Of a stretch of 64,000 nt of DNA, positions 1 to 13,360 are shown one piece after another. Source of the DNA: Lama glama (taxonomy: Eukaryota). The DNA is taken from contig CM052816.1 in NCBI GenBank assembly GCA_028534125.1, forward strand, positions 50,470,001 through 50,534,000. Direction: 5' to 3'. How positions within the stretch are numbered: the stretch's first letter is position 1; each line of letters starts with the position of its first letter. The notes under the pieces were generated by a model. That model was not told where the DNA came from and did no database searches. It was given only the letters and a program-made list of their open reading frames with translations. The translations under genes and the position numbers were made by a program.

Positions 1-77
1 ACAAGATTTGTAATGAAAAAGCCCCATCCCACTCCTACACTTAGATTCCAGCCTCACAAAGGCATCACCTTTCAATG

Positions 78-335
78 CTTTTTTTTTTAATTGAAGTATA
101 GTCAGTTTACAATGTGTCAATTTTCTGGTGTACAGCATTGTGTTTCAGTCGTACATAAAATACATATACTCATTTTCATATTCTTTTTCATTATAAGTTA
201 TTACTACAAGGTATTGAATATAGTTTCCTGTGCCATAAAGAAGAAACTTGTTATCTATTTTATATATAGTAGTTAGTATCTGCAAATCTCGAACTCCCAG
301 TTTATCCCTTCCTACTGACTTTCCCCCCTGGTTAA
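78..335 (-). mobile_element. L1 3' UTR fragment (artiodactyl/camelid type)
   Basis: Poly-T followed by the reverse complement of the same 3' UTR seen at 915-1163 and 32272-32605. Confidence 0.8.
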
Positions 336-598
336 TACTTTTAGCAAATTCTCACAAACTGTCAATTTTAGCCATTTACTACTTATTTCCTTTAATCTTT
401 CTTCAATCTCTTCACTATGCAAGATGTGGATTTAACTCTTACCACTCCTCACCTCTAATTCACTTTCTCTGCTTCCATTCATTCACTACAATTATATTTT
501 TTAACAAATCATTTTAGTGTTTACATAATTATGAATGTGTAAAATTGCTCATGGCTGAACTACACACTATGTTTTATTATGTTCTTTCTTGTACAACT

Positions 599-714
599 AC
601 ACTTGACACTTGAACAACACAGGTTTGAACTTCACAGGTCTACTTAAATAGTACTACACAATCCAATGTTGGTTGTAATCTGAGGATGCATAGATGCAAA
701 TACAGAGGAACCAC
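599..714 (+). mobile_element. Tigger2a-like DNA transposon end, truncated by an L1
   Basis: CACTTGACACTTGAACAACACAGGTTTGAAC resembles the Tigger2 terminus as I recall it, and is preceded by TA. Confidence 0.6.
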
Positions 715-1163
715 AAAAAAGAATAAAATAATGCCATTTGCAGCAACATGGATGGACCTAGATCTTGTCATTCTAAGTGAAGTAAGCCAGAAAGAGAAAA
801 ATACCATATGATATCACTCGTATGTGGAATCTAAAAAAGAAAAAAAGAGGCTACTAGTGAACTCATCTACAAAACAGAAACAGACTTGCAGACATAGTAA
901 ATAGTCTTAGGGTTACCAGGGGAAAGGGAGTGGGAAGGGATAAATTTGGGAATTTGAAATTTGCAAAGATTAGCCGCTATATACAAAAGTAGATTTTAAA
1001 AAATTTCTTCTGTATAGCACAGGGAACTATAGTCAATATCTTATAATAACCTTTAATGAAAAAGAATGTGAAAATGAATATATGTATGTATATACATGAC
1101 TGGGACGTTGTGCTGTACACCAGAAATTGACACACTGTAACTGACTGTATTTCAATTAAAAAG
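715..1163 (+). mobile_element. L1 ORF2 end plus 3' UTR
   Basis: ATGCCATTTGCAGCAACATGGATGGACCTAG...GTAAGCCAGAAAGAG, G-rich GGGAGTGGGAAGGGA, A tail. Confidence 0.9.
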
Positions 1164-1514
1164 GCAATTTCCCCTAAAAGCATTAGACTCTTCTTTTATT
1201 CCATACACTGAGTTACAAACTGTTTACTTGCCTTCTGTCTTTGAAAATTGTATAGATATTTCTTAGATATCTTCTACTACTCTTCTTGGCTTTGTAAATT
1301 TATACTGAGTTTTTACCATATTAACAGAAAGCCTCATATGAAATATTTAAAGCAACATAAGACACTTAAAAGAAGTTTTGCATTTATGCTAGCTAACAGG
1401 CCATACACCCAGCTCACTTCCTCTAACGAAAAAGAATAGTTAAGTGGAGAGTTTTGAGAAACAGTGTCTAAATAAATATAGTCTCTGATATTCAAAAACT
1501 AATGAAAAATATCT

Positions 1515-1820
1515 CCGACAAAGGAGCAAAAACAATACAATGAAGCAAAGACAATTGGTTTCAAGAAATGATGCTGAAACAACTGGACACTCATACGCAA
1601 AAAAAACACAAAAGGCATCTAGATGTATAAAACCTTATATGTGTCACAAAAATTAATTCAAAACGTGGAGCATAGAACTACATGTGCAGTGCAAAACTAT
1701 AAAATCCCAAAAGATAACACAGGAGAAAATTTAGATGACCCTGGGTATGGCAGTAAGTTTTTAGATACAGCACTAAAGGCACAATCCACCAAAGAAGTAA
1801 CTGATATACTCAAAATTAAA
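1515..1820 (+). mobile_element. Old L1 ORF2 fragment
   Basis: Degenerate ORF2 peptide (NTGENLDDPGYGSKFLDTALKAQSTKE). Confidence 0.75.
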
Positions 1821-3559
1821 CAGCATTATTTATGCCTGACAGGAACATTTCAGTAATTCTGCCATAATTTCCTTCTCTTTCATGTTTGTATTCCATGCAT
1901 CACAATAAGAAAAGTATGATTATTCCTGAATATAATCCATTAAAAGCATTCAAAAAATTAAAATTCTTACTTTATTAAAGAATAGCTGAAAAAGATCTAG
2001 TAAATACTATAAGTGTATGTAATTTTAAAACAATACTAGGTAGACATTGTTATTAGTAGCACTTGTCTTCTAGAAACCTAAATTCATTCCCTAAGACTGA
2101 CAGGTACTATGTGAATCATTCCATAAAAGACTTTTTCGCTCTCTACACAATGAATAAATCACCTTGAAACAACTGTAAATGTAGCAGTAGGGGCAAAACA
2201 GAGGAAGGGTAAAAGGAAAAAATGAGTGGTTTAAAGGGCATGACAACAATAATGGCATAAATCTGAACAAAGCAAAACATTTTCTTAAAGTGAAGTCTAT
2301 CAAATGATGCAATAATCTCCCTAGGAATGCGATGAAAGCCATCACTTAAGCCCCATCACATTTGAGAACTAGCCCAGACAAAGCACTTGAGAAAATCCCA
2401 TCTGGACCAGAGCCTTTCTGGCAGGGAAATTGCACTGATGAATGTCTTAAATTTTCAACTATGTTTGTCATTCAAAAGGCAAAGATCTAAGATAGGTTAC
2501 ATTCCCTGAAGAAAATGTTTGTAAATAAATGATGCTTGAAGATCTCATGTCAAAATGAAAGGTTATATCCTTTTTAGTTTGCCCTTCTAAAAATTTAGAA
2601 ATAAAATAATTAACAGCCTTTTAGTATTGAACGTATTTCATTCACAACTGATTTATCAGTTATAACAACTTGTTTTATTTACTCTTCTATTTTAAAGCTA
2701 CCAACTTCCAGAAAGCATTGTAGCTAATAAGAATAAAATTAACATGTAAAAAGACAGAAGATTACTAATAGTTCATATTGCGTGTGTAAAGCTAGAGGAA
2801 AAAAAGCTAAAATAACAATCATTTTAAACAAAACCTCCTAGAAATTCCTCTATAACAAATGTTTTTTGAAAGAAATAATTGTTTTAAAAAGAGTTTTTCT
2901 TAACTTTTATCTTGGTACCAAAATATTGACAAACTCAAATCGTGTAAATCATTTTAAAGCAGTCTACTTATTAGTTAATAATATTCTAATCATGTCTATT
3001 CTTACAGATTGAACAATATTTTTAGGTGCATTTTTTGATGTACTAGAAAAATGCCTAAACTATGATCATCTAAGAGCTGGTTCCTGACTTAAACTCTAAA
3101 TCATTCTAGTATAGGCTAGTCTGAAATGAATCTTCACACTGGAATTAAGTCCACTGAGGACAGAGTTAGAGACTCAGTTCGTATACATTTATTTTACACT
3201 TTACATATACCTAATTAGTTTCCAATTCCACATCACATAAGATAACATAAAATCAATGCTTGTAAACTTCTTTTAAGCTACTAAATACAATAGGCAGGTG
3301 ACTAGTATTTATAGAGCAATTAATAGTCTTGTATACTACTTGCCCAAATATAGGGACTCAGAGAAAGCTTTCTGAAGGTGCTAAAAGTAGTATTTTGTTA
3401 TAGAATTTAATTATTTCCTTCTTTAGAAATATATCAAATTCCTCTTCAGAGTCTGCTGAGGACTCCCCCAAGGAGGTCTGATCAAGAATCAAATCTCAAG
3501 TGTATGTCTAGCAGGCAAGATCTGACAAGTTTTGTTTCTGGTAATTTAACTTTCAAGAC

Positions 3560-3880
3560 TTTTTTTTTAGAGCAATTTTACATTCACAGTAAAATTGAGA
3601 GGAAGGTACAGAAATTTCCCATATACCTCCACACATGTATAGCCTCCCCCATTATTAACATATTCCACTGTCTGATGTACCACAGCTTCTTTCTCCATTT
3701 ACCTCTTGAGGACATTTTGGTTGCTTTCAAATTTTGGCAATTACGGATAAAGCTGCTCTAAACATCCCTGGGCATGTTTTTGTGTGGACAAAAGTTTAAA
3801 GCAGCTTTATTTATAACTGCCAAAACTTGGAAGCAACCAAGATGTCCTTCAGTGGGTGACTGGATAAACTATGGTAATTT
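3560..3880. mobile_element. L1M 3' fragment (minus) followed by an inverted copy of part of itself
   Basis: 3678-3757 is the approximate reverse complement of 3800-3876. Confidence 0.75.
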
Positions 3881-4387
3881 AAATTTAAAACAAATAAACT
3901 GTTACTATTCCAAATGTGTGATCATTCTAATACTGAATATTCTTCTCTAAACTACATCCATCTTCATCCTTGTTTCTCAGTCCCAAAGCTAAGAATCTTT
4001 TGTTTGAAAGAATGAGTGAGGGTGTAAAAAAAAAAAAAAGAATCCTGGACAAGTTGAGAACATCAGCAAGAGTACAGAAAAGAAAAAGACTGATTTCTGG
4101 ATAGAAACTAAAAACCACATGCATGTGTCTGGATATTTAAGAATCCATAAGACTAGGAATGATAAGAAATGAAGGGAGATGAAGATACAGGCCAGGAAAC
4201 AATCATATTAAAGGTTGTGTAAATAAACTTGAGCCATATCTTGTAGAGGATCAAGAAGCACTTTTTAGTTACCTCTTGACTGGTCCGGTTGATTTGTAAA
4301 GTTGATATGTAAAGAAACTACTTACATAAAGTCATCCTAAAAATAACCCAAATCATGTCTATAATTAAATATTTAACGAATGCCTAC

Positions 4388-4691
4388 TGTGACAGGCTCA
4401 AATAATGGGCTCCCCCAAATATATTCACTTCCTAACTCCTAGAACTTGTAAAATATTAATTTTACAAGTAATAATTAATATCACAAAAGATGTGACTAAG
4501 TTAAAGATCATGAGAGAAAGCACTTATCCTACTTACAAGAGAGAATTGGAAGGAGTTCTCACTCACACACACTCACACACACACACACACACATACACAC
4601 ACACACACAAAGGTGACGTGACGATGAGGCAGAAATTGCAGTGATGTGAACACAGGTCAAGGAACAGCAGGTATAAAGCTAAGAAAGGCAA
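4388..4691 (+). mobile_element. MLT1 (MaLR) LTR 5' part, containing an imperfect (CA)n at 4562-4608
   Basis: TGTGACAGG...AATAATGGGCTCCCCCAAATAT start and GAGGCAGAAATTGCAGTGATG match MLT1C/D-type LTRs. Confidence 0.7.
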
Positions 4692-5046
4692 ACACAATAA
4701 TGTAGATAATATATAAATGTCACTGAACTGGACACTTAAAAATGTCTAAGATGGTAAATTTTATGTTATGTGTATTTCTCCACAACTTTTTTTTTCATTT
4801 TTGTTAACTCTTGTAATATGGTAATTCTGAACAGCCCTATTCAGCACCCAGTGGTTTTCTCTGTGTAATTCCTTGTAAAGAATATTGGTTATCCCATGGG
4901 GAACTAAGGCAGGGGACCATGCCAATGTTGAGAAACTTCCTCTGGGAAGCCGCAGGAGGGGAAGCTAGTAGGACTAAGACCTCCTGTGGTCAAGCAGGAC
5001 ATTTGAGAAGGGAAATGCTGGCTAGAGACATCTGAATTAACTAAGT

Positions 5047-5260
5047 CAGTGGTTCTCAACTGCAGCAATTTTGACCCCCAGGGAACATATGGTAACATCT
5101 AAAGACATTTTTGGTTGTTACAGCCGGGAAGTTGCTACTGGCATCTAGTGAGTAGAGGTCAAAGATACTGCTAAGCATCCTGTAACAACAGCTCCCCCAT
5201 CCCCACAGCAAAGAATTGTCTAGCCCAAAATGTCAACAGTGCTTAGGTTGAGAAACTCTG
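5047..5260 (+). mobile_element. MER20 (hAT-Charlie MITE)
   Basis: CAGTGGTTCTCAAC...GTTGAGAAACTCTG termini and internal GCTACTGGCATCTAGTGAGTAGAGG. Confidence 0.85.
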
Positions 5261-5814
5261 ACCTAGATGGAAGTAGTATATGCATTTAGACGTTTATACG
5301 CAGATACAGTAAAAGCTAAATCTCAAAAACGTTAATAATGTTGATTTTAAAAGAAGAGACTGTCTGTCAAAAGACACTGTAACAAGATGTATTTATTGAG
5401 GGTCCAATGTGTGTCAGGTTGTCAGGTTTTGTTCTAGCTTCTGGACTCCCAGTAGCCAACAGGACAAACTTCCTGTCCTCATGGAATTTACATGCTAATT
5501 GGGAAGGCAGATACTGAAGAATCATGTGCATTTCAGATCATAATTATAATAACAGCTCATGTGAATTAATTCATTTAATTCTTCCTACTATGCTACGAGA
5601 TATACGTCACTATTATCTCCATTTTATAAGACATTGAGGCATATAGAGGTAAGTAGCTCATTCAAAGTCTCATAGCTGACAGACCCAATCTGACTTCTTT
5701 GTAGCATTTAAAATTGTTCTTATGGTCAAACAGACTTTAGAGCTTAATTAGCTATATGTTTTTTTCAATACAAGTTTTTTGTTTTTGTTTCTGTTTTTAT
5801 GAAAGAAAAAAAAA

Positions 5815-5992
5815 AAACCTAAAAGAGGAAGGAACATATTCTACCCCCAAAGCCTCTGGAGGGAGTATAGCCTTGTCCACACAGACACTTTGATCTGGAG
5901 CTTCTGGCCTCCAGAACTGTGAGAGAACAACTGCCTATTTTCAGCCATCCAGCTTGTAGTAATTTGTTATAGCAGTCACAGGGAACTAATAC
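5815..5992 (+). mobile_element. MLT1 LTR 3' part (continuation of 4388-4691)
   Basis: CTTCTGGCCTCCAGAACTGTGAGAGAA...TAATTTGTTATAGCAG...GGAACTAATAC is the typical MLT1 3' end. Confidence 0.8.
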
Positions 5993-7314
5993 CTACTATA
6001 TACAAAAACCATGTATTATAAAATAGCAAGGAGACTTCTATACACCTACATCTATAAACCTCAACTATAAATTTTAGACATATGCAAACATGGAAAAATA
6101 TGAAATGTCTTCATAAAATTAAAATATAATCATTAATGTGTATTTTACTTTTAAGAATAAATGTTATTATTTCAAAATTAGATTCAGAACTCTATGGAAA
6201 ATATGTATCATAAACATGACAAAATTTTCTTCACAAGAAAGCCTTTTATGAGAACAGTATAGCTACTGTCACAACTAGACAAAATAAGATGAAAAACCAG
6301 AATGATATTTACTATGCAGGTGGCTTTCCTCCTAGTATTCCAGGCTTATCTACTGTCAAAAAAGTGATGTATCAAGAACAAGAACTGTCACTGAACTGAA
6401 TTAAGAAGTAACTAACTTTTCTTTGCAAAAAGGTTTATAGAAGATCCCACCAATGAAAAGTTTTTAAATGTATGTTATTTTATCAGACTCCAAAAGCTGA
6501 TGAACAGAAATTATTTCCATGAAAGCTATAAAATCTTTAGTTAATATAAGCATGACAGAAGTTATTTTTTGTTTAATTATGCCTGTAATAACAATAAAAC
6601 ATACTTTATTTAAAACCAGAAACACACATTTTTCCATTTTGATTACCAATATTCTATGTGTATCATTATTTATGATAAACATACCCCTACTGAAACTGTA
6701 CCACTAGGGAAGAGTCAGGAACTGATTGGAAGAAAAAAAATCAGATAATGTCACCTGAATGTCTGGTTTAATGTGGAATCAAAATAGTTAAGTTTTTATA
6801 ATACAGATTCAGTTCAGCAGAAATTATTCAAAACCACATGTAATTAAAGTATTTTCTATATATGTTACTTCCCTTGCTAAAGCAATTTGTCACTACAGAC
6901 CTAGGACTGATCCCAAGGAGTACTCCAAAGTGGAGCTACGGTTAGCCAGGTATTGACAGAACTGATTATAATTCCATTAAGAATAGCTTAAAATTATTTA
7001 TTATTTTCTAAATTTATATAGTACACAACATACTAACTCATAAATATTTTACAGAAATTTTTAAAAGACACAAATGTTATTAGTTACATTTATGATGAGA
7101 TAGAAAAGGAAAACAGAAATATAGTTGTTAATTTATTGCTAAATCACTTTCACACACCATCAGAGAAATATTACTGTTCCTATTACAAGTGAACTAAGGC
7201 ACAGAAATTTAATAAAATGCCCTAGGTCACACAGTGAGTGAATGAGCTGGATTTGAACCAAGAGTTATCACCAAAGCCAAAGCTCTTCTGATTACATATT
7301 GGCAACATTTTACA

Positions 7315-9965
7315 CTTCTAGGTTCTCATTTCTGTTCCACTGATCTATGTGTCTGTTGTTTTTTTTTTAAACCAGTACCATATTGTTTTGATTACTGTAC
7401 GTTTGTAGTAAAGTTTTAAATCAGAGAATGTGATACCTCCAGCTTACTTTTTTCTCAAGATTACTTTGACTATTCAGAATTTTTTGCATTTCCATACAAA
7501 TTTTAGGATTATTTGTTCTAGTTTTGCCAAAAAAAAAAAAAGTCATGGGTATTTTAATGGGGATTTTGCTGAATCTTCAGACTGCTTTGGGTAGTATGAA
7601 CATTTTAACAATATTAATTCATTGAATCCACAATCATGGTATACCTTTCCCTTTATCTGTCTTTGGTAAGTCCTCCCATTAATGTCTTATAATTGTCAGA
7701 ATATAGGTCTTTCACCTTCTTGGTTAAATTTATTCCTAAGTATTTTATTCTTTTTGATGTAATGGTAAATGGGATTGTTTTCTTCATTTCTCTTTCTAAT
7801 AACTCATTATTAGTATATAGAAATGCAAGTTTTCTTTATCTTAATTTTGTATCCTGCAACTTTACTGAATTAATTTTTACTTCAAATCATTTCTTTGGTA
7901 GAACCTTTGGGGCTTTTTATATATAATACCTTGCCATCTGAATACAGTGACATTTTATTCTTCCTCCACAATTTGAATGACTTTCACTTCTTTTTCTTGG
8001 CCTAACCGCTATAGTTAGGACTTCCAATATTATACTGAATATGGTGAGAGTGGGCATCTTGGTCTTGTTCCTGATCTTAGAGGAAAACTTTTCAGCTTTT
8101 CACCATTGAGCTGAGGGTTTGTCATACATGGCCTTTATTATGTTGAGGTACATTTCCTCTTTATCTAGTCTGTTGAGAGTTTCTATCATGAATGGATGTT
8201 GAATGTTGTTAAATGCTTTCTCTGCATCTATTTAGATGATGAAACAATTTTTATCTTTTGTTTTGCTAATGTGGTATATCACATTGGTTGAATTGTGGAT
8301 GTTGAACCTTCCTTGCCTCACTAGAATAAATTCCACTTGATCATTATAGATGATCTTTTTAAAATACTGTTGAATTTGGTTTGCTGATATTTTGTTGAAG
8401 ATTTTTGCATTGATTTTCATAAGGGATATTGGCTTGTAGTTTTCTTTTTTGTATTCTTTGCCTGGTGTTGGTATCATGGTAGTGCTGACCTCATAAAATT
8501 AGTTTGGAAGTTGTCCTTCTTCTTCCATTTCTGAAATAATTTGAGAATAGATACTAAGTCTTCTTTAAAGGTTTGGTAAATTCACCTGTGAAACCATGTG
8601 GATCTGGAATTTTGCTGAGAATTTACTGATTACTGATTTAATTTCACTGCTAATAATCAGTCTATTTGGATTTTTTATTTCTTCATGATTCAACCTTAGA
8701 AAATTGTATGTTTCTAGGAATTTATCCAGTTATTCTACGTTGTCCAATATGTTGACATATAATTGTTCATAGTATTCTCTTATGATCCTTTGTATTTGTG
8801 ATACTGGATATAATTTTTCCTCTTTCATTTCTGATTTTATTCACATCTCTTTTTTTCTTGATGAGTCTGGTTAAAGGTTTGTTGATTTTGTTGATCTTTT
8901 AAACAACCACCTCTTAGTTTCATTGATCCTTTTTACTGTTTATTTATTTTTAGTTTCTATTTTATTTATTCCACTCTGCCACTCTGATCTTATTTCCTTC
9001 CTTCTGCTAACTTTGGATTTTCATCGTTTTTCCTTTATCTAATTCTTTTAAATATAAAGTTAGATGATTTGAGATTTTTCTTGTTTCTTGAGGTAGGCCT
9101 GTATTGCTATGAACTTTCCTTTTAGAACTGCTTTTGTTGCATCTCACAGATTATGGAAAGTTGTGTTTCCATTTTCATTTGTCTTAAGGTATTCTTGACC
9201 TCCTCTTTGATTTTTTTGTTTATCCACTGACTCTTAAGTAGCATGTTGTTTAGTCTCCACATTTTTGTTTTTCCAGTTTTCTTCTTATAATTAATTTCTA
9301 ATTTCAAACTGTTGTGGTTAGAAAAGATGCCTGATATGATTTCAATCATCTTCAATTCATTGAGCCTTTTTTATGCGGCCTAACAGGTGATCTATTGCAG
9401 AGAATGCTCTACTTGCACTTGAAAAGAATGTGTATTCTGTTGTTTTTGGATGGAGTGTTCTGCATATGTTTATTAAGTTATTCTGATATAATGTGTCATT
9501 TAAGGCCAGTATTTCCTTAGTGATTTTCTGTTTGAATGATCTATCCATTGATATAAGAGGAGTATTAAATTTCCCAACTATTATTATATTGCTGTTTATT
9601 TCTTCCTTTATTTCTGTTAATACTTGCTTTATATAATTTAGTTGCTCCTATGTTGGGTACATAAATGTTTACAAATGTTACAGCCTCTAGTAATGCAGCT
9701 TTCTTTTTATTTCCATTTGCACGGAATACATTTCTCTATCCCTTTACTTTCAGTCTCTTAGTATCTTTTGATTTGAAATAAATCCTTCGTAGGCAGCAAA
9801 TAGAAGTATTTTGTTGTTTTATCCATTCAGCCACCCTGTGTCTCTTGCTTAGAGACTTTAGTCCATTGACATTTAAAGTAATTATTGATACCTTCATACT
9901 TACTGCCATGTTGTTAACTGTTTTCTGGCTGTTTTTGTAGTTCCTCTCTGTTCCTGTTTTCTTGG
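7315..9965 (-). mobile_element. Degraded L1 covering ORF2 endonuclease and reverse transcriptase regions
   Basis: Minus-strand ORFs [39 protein letters not shown] and LHPKTTEYTFFSSA are L1 ORF2 motifs, broken by stops and frameshifts. Confidence 0.93.
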
Positions 9966-12900
9966 CAACTTTTTAAAATACTTACCATAGGCTATCATCA
10001 CGGACAATATAGTGAAGTTATATCATATACATATTTAAGATAAGCAAAATCAACCCTATGTGCTTATGAAAAGATACAAACAAATACTATTGGTATATAG
10101 CACCTAAATTTAAAGTAGCTTTTTTTTTAAATCTGGTGGCCAGTGAAAGAAGTAGTAATATTTTTTATCACTAGAGGAAACAATTGCCTATGCTAGACTT
10201 ATTGTAGATAGTGTCATGGATATTATACTTAACAGCGATTTCAAGTGTATTTTTGACTACATTCAACTATTACCTTAGGCACTGACTTTAACATTTAGCC
10301 CTCATTCAAGACTCTACTGTAACTATAATATAAATCATCATAATTTACACTAAATCATTTTCACTTAACCTACCACTCTCTGTTAAGGGTCACAGGCAAG
10401 CAAATCACTTTAAAAGGTGCTATATACTTATGTTTACATAAGAATGGTTATGTAGTAATTTTGTTTTTATTTTAAATGAATCTTTTTTTAAAACTTGCTA
10501 TATTAAAAAAATACACACAAGTTGTTTATATAATGACATATATTCCAATATGAAAAATCCTCTTGATTAGCATGAATTATATAAACATGCAATTCCCCGA
10601 ATAATTAGGGTTATCTTTATCATGAAAGAATAATTCCAGCCACAGTAAATCCTAGAACTCCTTCACACTAGTTTATAGCTATGTGACAGAGCACAGAATA
10701 AATTTCCAAAATGTTAGAGTATGTTTTTGGAATAAATTTTACATCACACAAGTCCAATAATCTTTCTCAGTGTTCATATACCATCAGTACTGTCATATAC
10801 TTTTGTGTTTGTGCATATGTGTACTTGTGCATATGTGTATTAACTACTCAGTAAGTAGTTAATACTCACAGAAGTCTTCATTGCACCTACACTTTCTGTG
10901 ACCAATGCAAATATAACTTCATCTTTGAGCATGCTTTTTTTTTCCCCTTAATTGAGCTGTTAGTTAAATTACCTGAAAAACACTTTAAACTCCAAGCAAC
11001 CTCTACTATTCAAACACTATATCCTCAGACCAAACAGTTATATTACCACTCAAACCCTGATCTACCACATCGTACTTAGGAAGACTTAACACCAAGAGGC
11101 TTCCACTGCAAAGTGAGATACTTCATTATGATAGATTGCTATGAATGTGCCTCATTCAAGGATACCTAATAAAACTGATATTAGAATGATAACCACTTTT
11201 CTAATACTCTCAAAAATCTCACTGCAGTGGCACAACACAGAGACAATACAAGTATTATATTTTATGAAGAATAATAGTATTGCATTGAAAGCTACACATT
11301 ATTTAAAATAATTAGATGTTTTCCATGCTAACATTTAAGAGAATAATTTAGCTGCAAGTTGAAGATTCAATTTAATTATCACATTTTAAGATTATGTCAA
11401 AGAAATTTCTTCCTATTTTTTTAATACTGAATTTCAGCAGCTCAGGCACTTGTAAAGATTCATTTCTAAGTAATCACTAACTTAGATCAAGCACTAAATA
11501 ACAGAATTGACAATGCTATTTATGTAAGTGGCAACAGGTTAGGCAGCCAATCCTCAAAAGCCCTCACTGGACTCTCTGTGGGTGACCCATTTTGACATTG
11601 CAGCCAGTTTAGCACACAGTATACAAAACAAATGATAGGTTTAATAGAAACAAACAACACCCTCTGCTCTCTACTCAAAACAAAAAAAGTGCTCCCATGT
11701 AGAACATTTACCATCCAGGAGCTTAGCAGATTAGCTTATCAGTGCATTTATAAATCACTCCTAATGACACCACCTCTTTTGATGATAGTATTTTGACATA
11801 TTTACTCCCAACCAAAGTAATGAGTCCCACAGAAATGCAACTTCTTTGATCACTGCTTCAAAAAACTTAAAAGACAATAATTATAATTAAGAATACTAGA
11901 AATATTTGGAGTTTTTTGTTGTATTAAATAAATTATTCATTTTTTGCTAAAGCTGCTTTTAATCATTATGTTACTATTAAAGTATAACATGTAACAAAGT
12001 ATTACATGTAACAACATATTCATTACATATATTTCCTGTATCTCAAACAAATCAAAATATTGTAGACCAAGAGTAAGGTGACATAACACATTTCAACATA
12101 GTTCAGTCATCCAAAGAATATATACCAACCCTGATTAAAGAAAACAACAGTCCAGCATAAACTCTATGAACAGCAGAATATACTATGTGAAGTGGAGACT
12201 TTTCTCCTATTTTAAGATCTACTAAAAAGAACCATCAATAAGTTGATCCAAATCTCTGCTTGGCTGCAGAAACCATGAGGAAATGAAAATGTAAATCCAT
12301 ATGGTCATATTGACATACCAATTAGATGATCTGATAATTAAATATAAAATGCACTATATTTTAGTATTCTGATTTAATAATAAATTTCCTGTTTTAGATA
12401 GGGCTATTCACTGTACAATGTTGCAAAAAAAAAAAATCAAACCCTTATCTTTGCTGGTAGGAATTAAAGTTCTTTCAGCTTGTTAAATACTCTGTTAAAA
12501 AGCGTTATCTGTTTATTTAGAGAAAATTTAATACAATTTCTTTATGATTTTTTTGGTCTTTACCATAATTTTTTTATTATGATTATACTGAATGTCCTAA
12601 TTAAGCTATCTATTCCAGGGAGAATCATTTACTTTTTCTGATACTTCTACCTATCACAAACCCAAAAGAAGCACCTAACATAATGCACTACATAAAGTGG
12701 GCACTCAGTAAGGATTTGTTTTGAAAAATGTAAAGTTACATAAACATATCCTTAAGGACTTTTTTTTATATTCTCATTTACTAGAAATAGTAATAGGTAA
12801 GCGATGTCAAATCTGGTTCACAGACTCGACTCATCACAGGATGTCTTGCAGTGAACCATGAAAGTAGCCCAGAGACCTCTGAAGAATAGTGCTCCAAGAA

Positions 12901-13109
12901 GCTCCCATCAATCAGAGATGGCACAAGGGAGGGACTCTGAGTTAATTCAATTCCTCATTTCATAAACATTTTAAATGAGGATCAAAAGTTAAGTCTAAAA
13001 GGTTCAAGGTCACAGAGCAAGTAATTGGTCCCATGTTAAAATATAAAATTATCTAAAAAGCAAGAAGAGACTACAAAAAAGATTAAGATGGACAGAATAA
13101 TCACCATAA

Positions 13110-13360
13110 AAGAGCAGCTATCTTTTATTGAGTGCCTACTGTGGACCTGGTATGATGCTAAATACTTTTACACACTAATCTCATTTTAAGCTTAAACCTG
13201 CCACATGAAATAGGTATTAATTATCCACACTTTTTAAAAATGATGAAACTGAGGTTCAGAGAGATTAAGAAAGTTTTCAAAGGTCACAAGTGAATATAAT
13301 ATGTAGTCAGAATTTAAAGTCAGAACTGTTTGACTTCAAATCCTTTACCATTAACCACTA
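13110..13360 (-). mobile_element. MIR SINE
   Basis: TTATTGAGTGCCTACTGTG...ATGATGAAACTGAGGTTCAGAGAGATTAAG...AAGGTCACA core. Confidence 0.75.
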
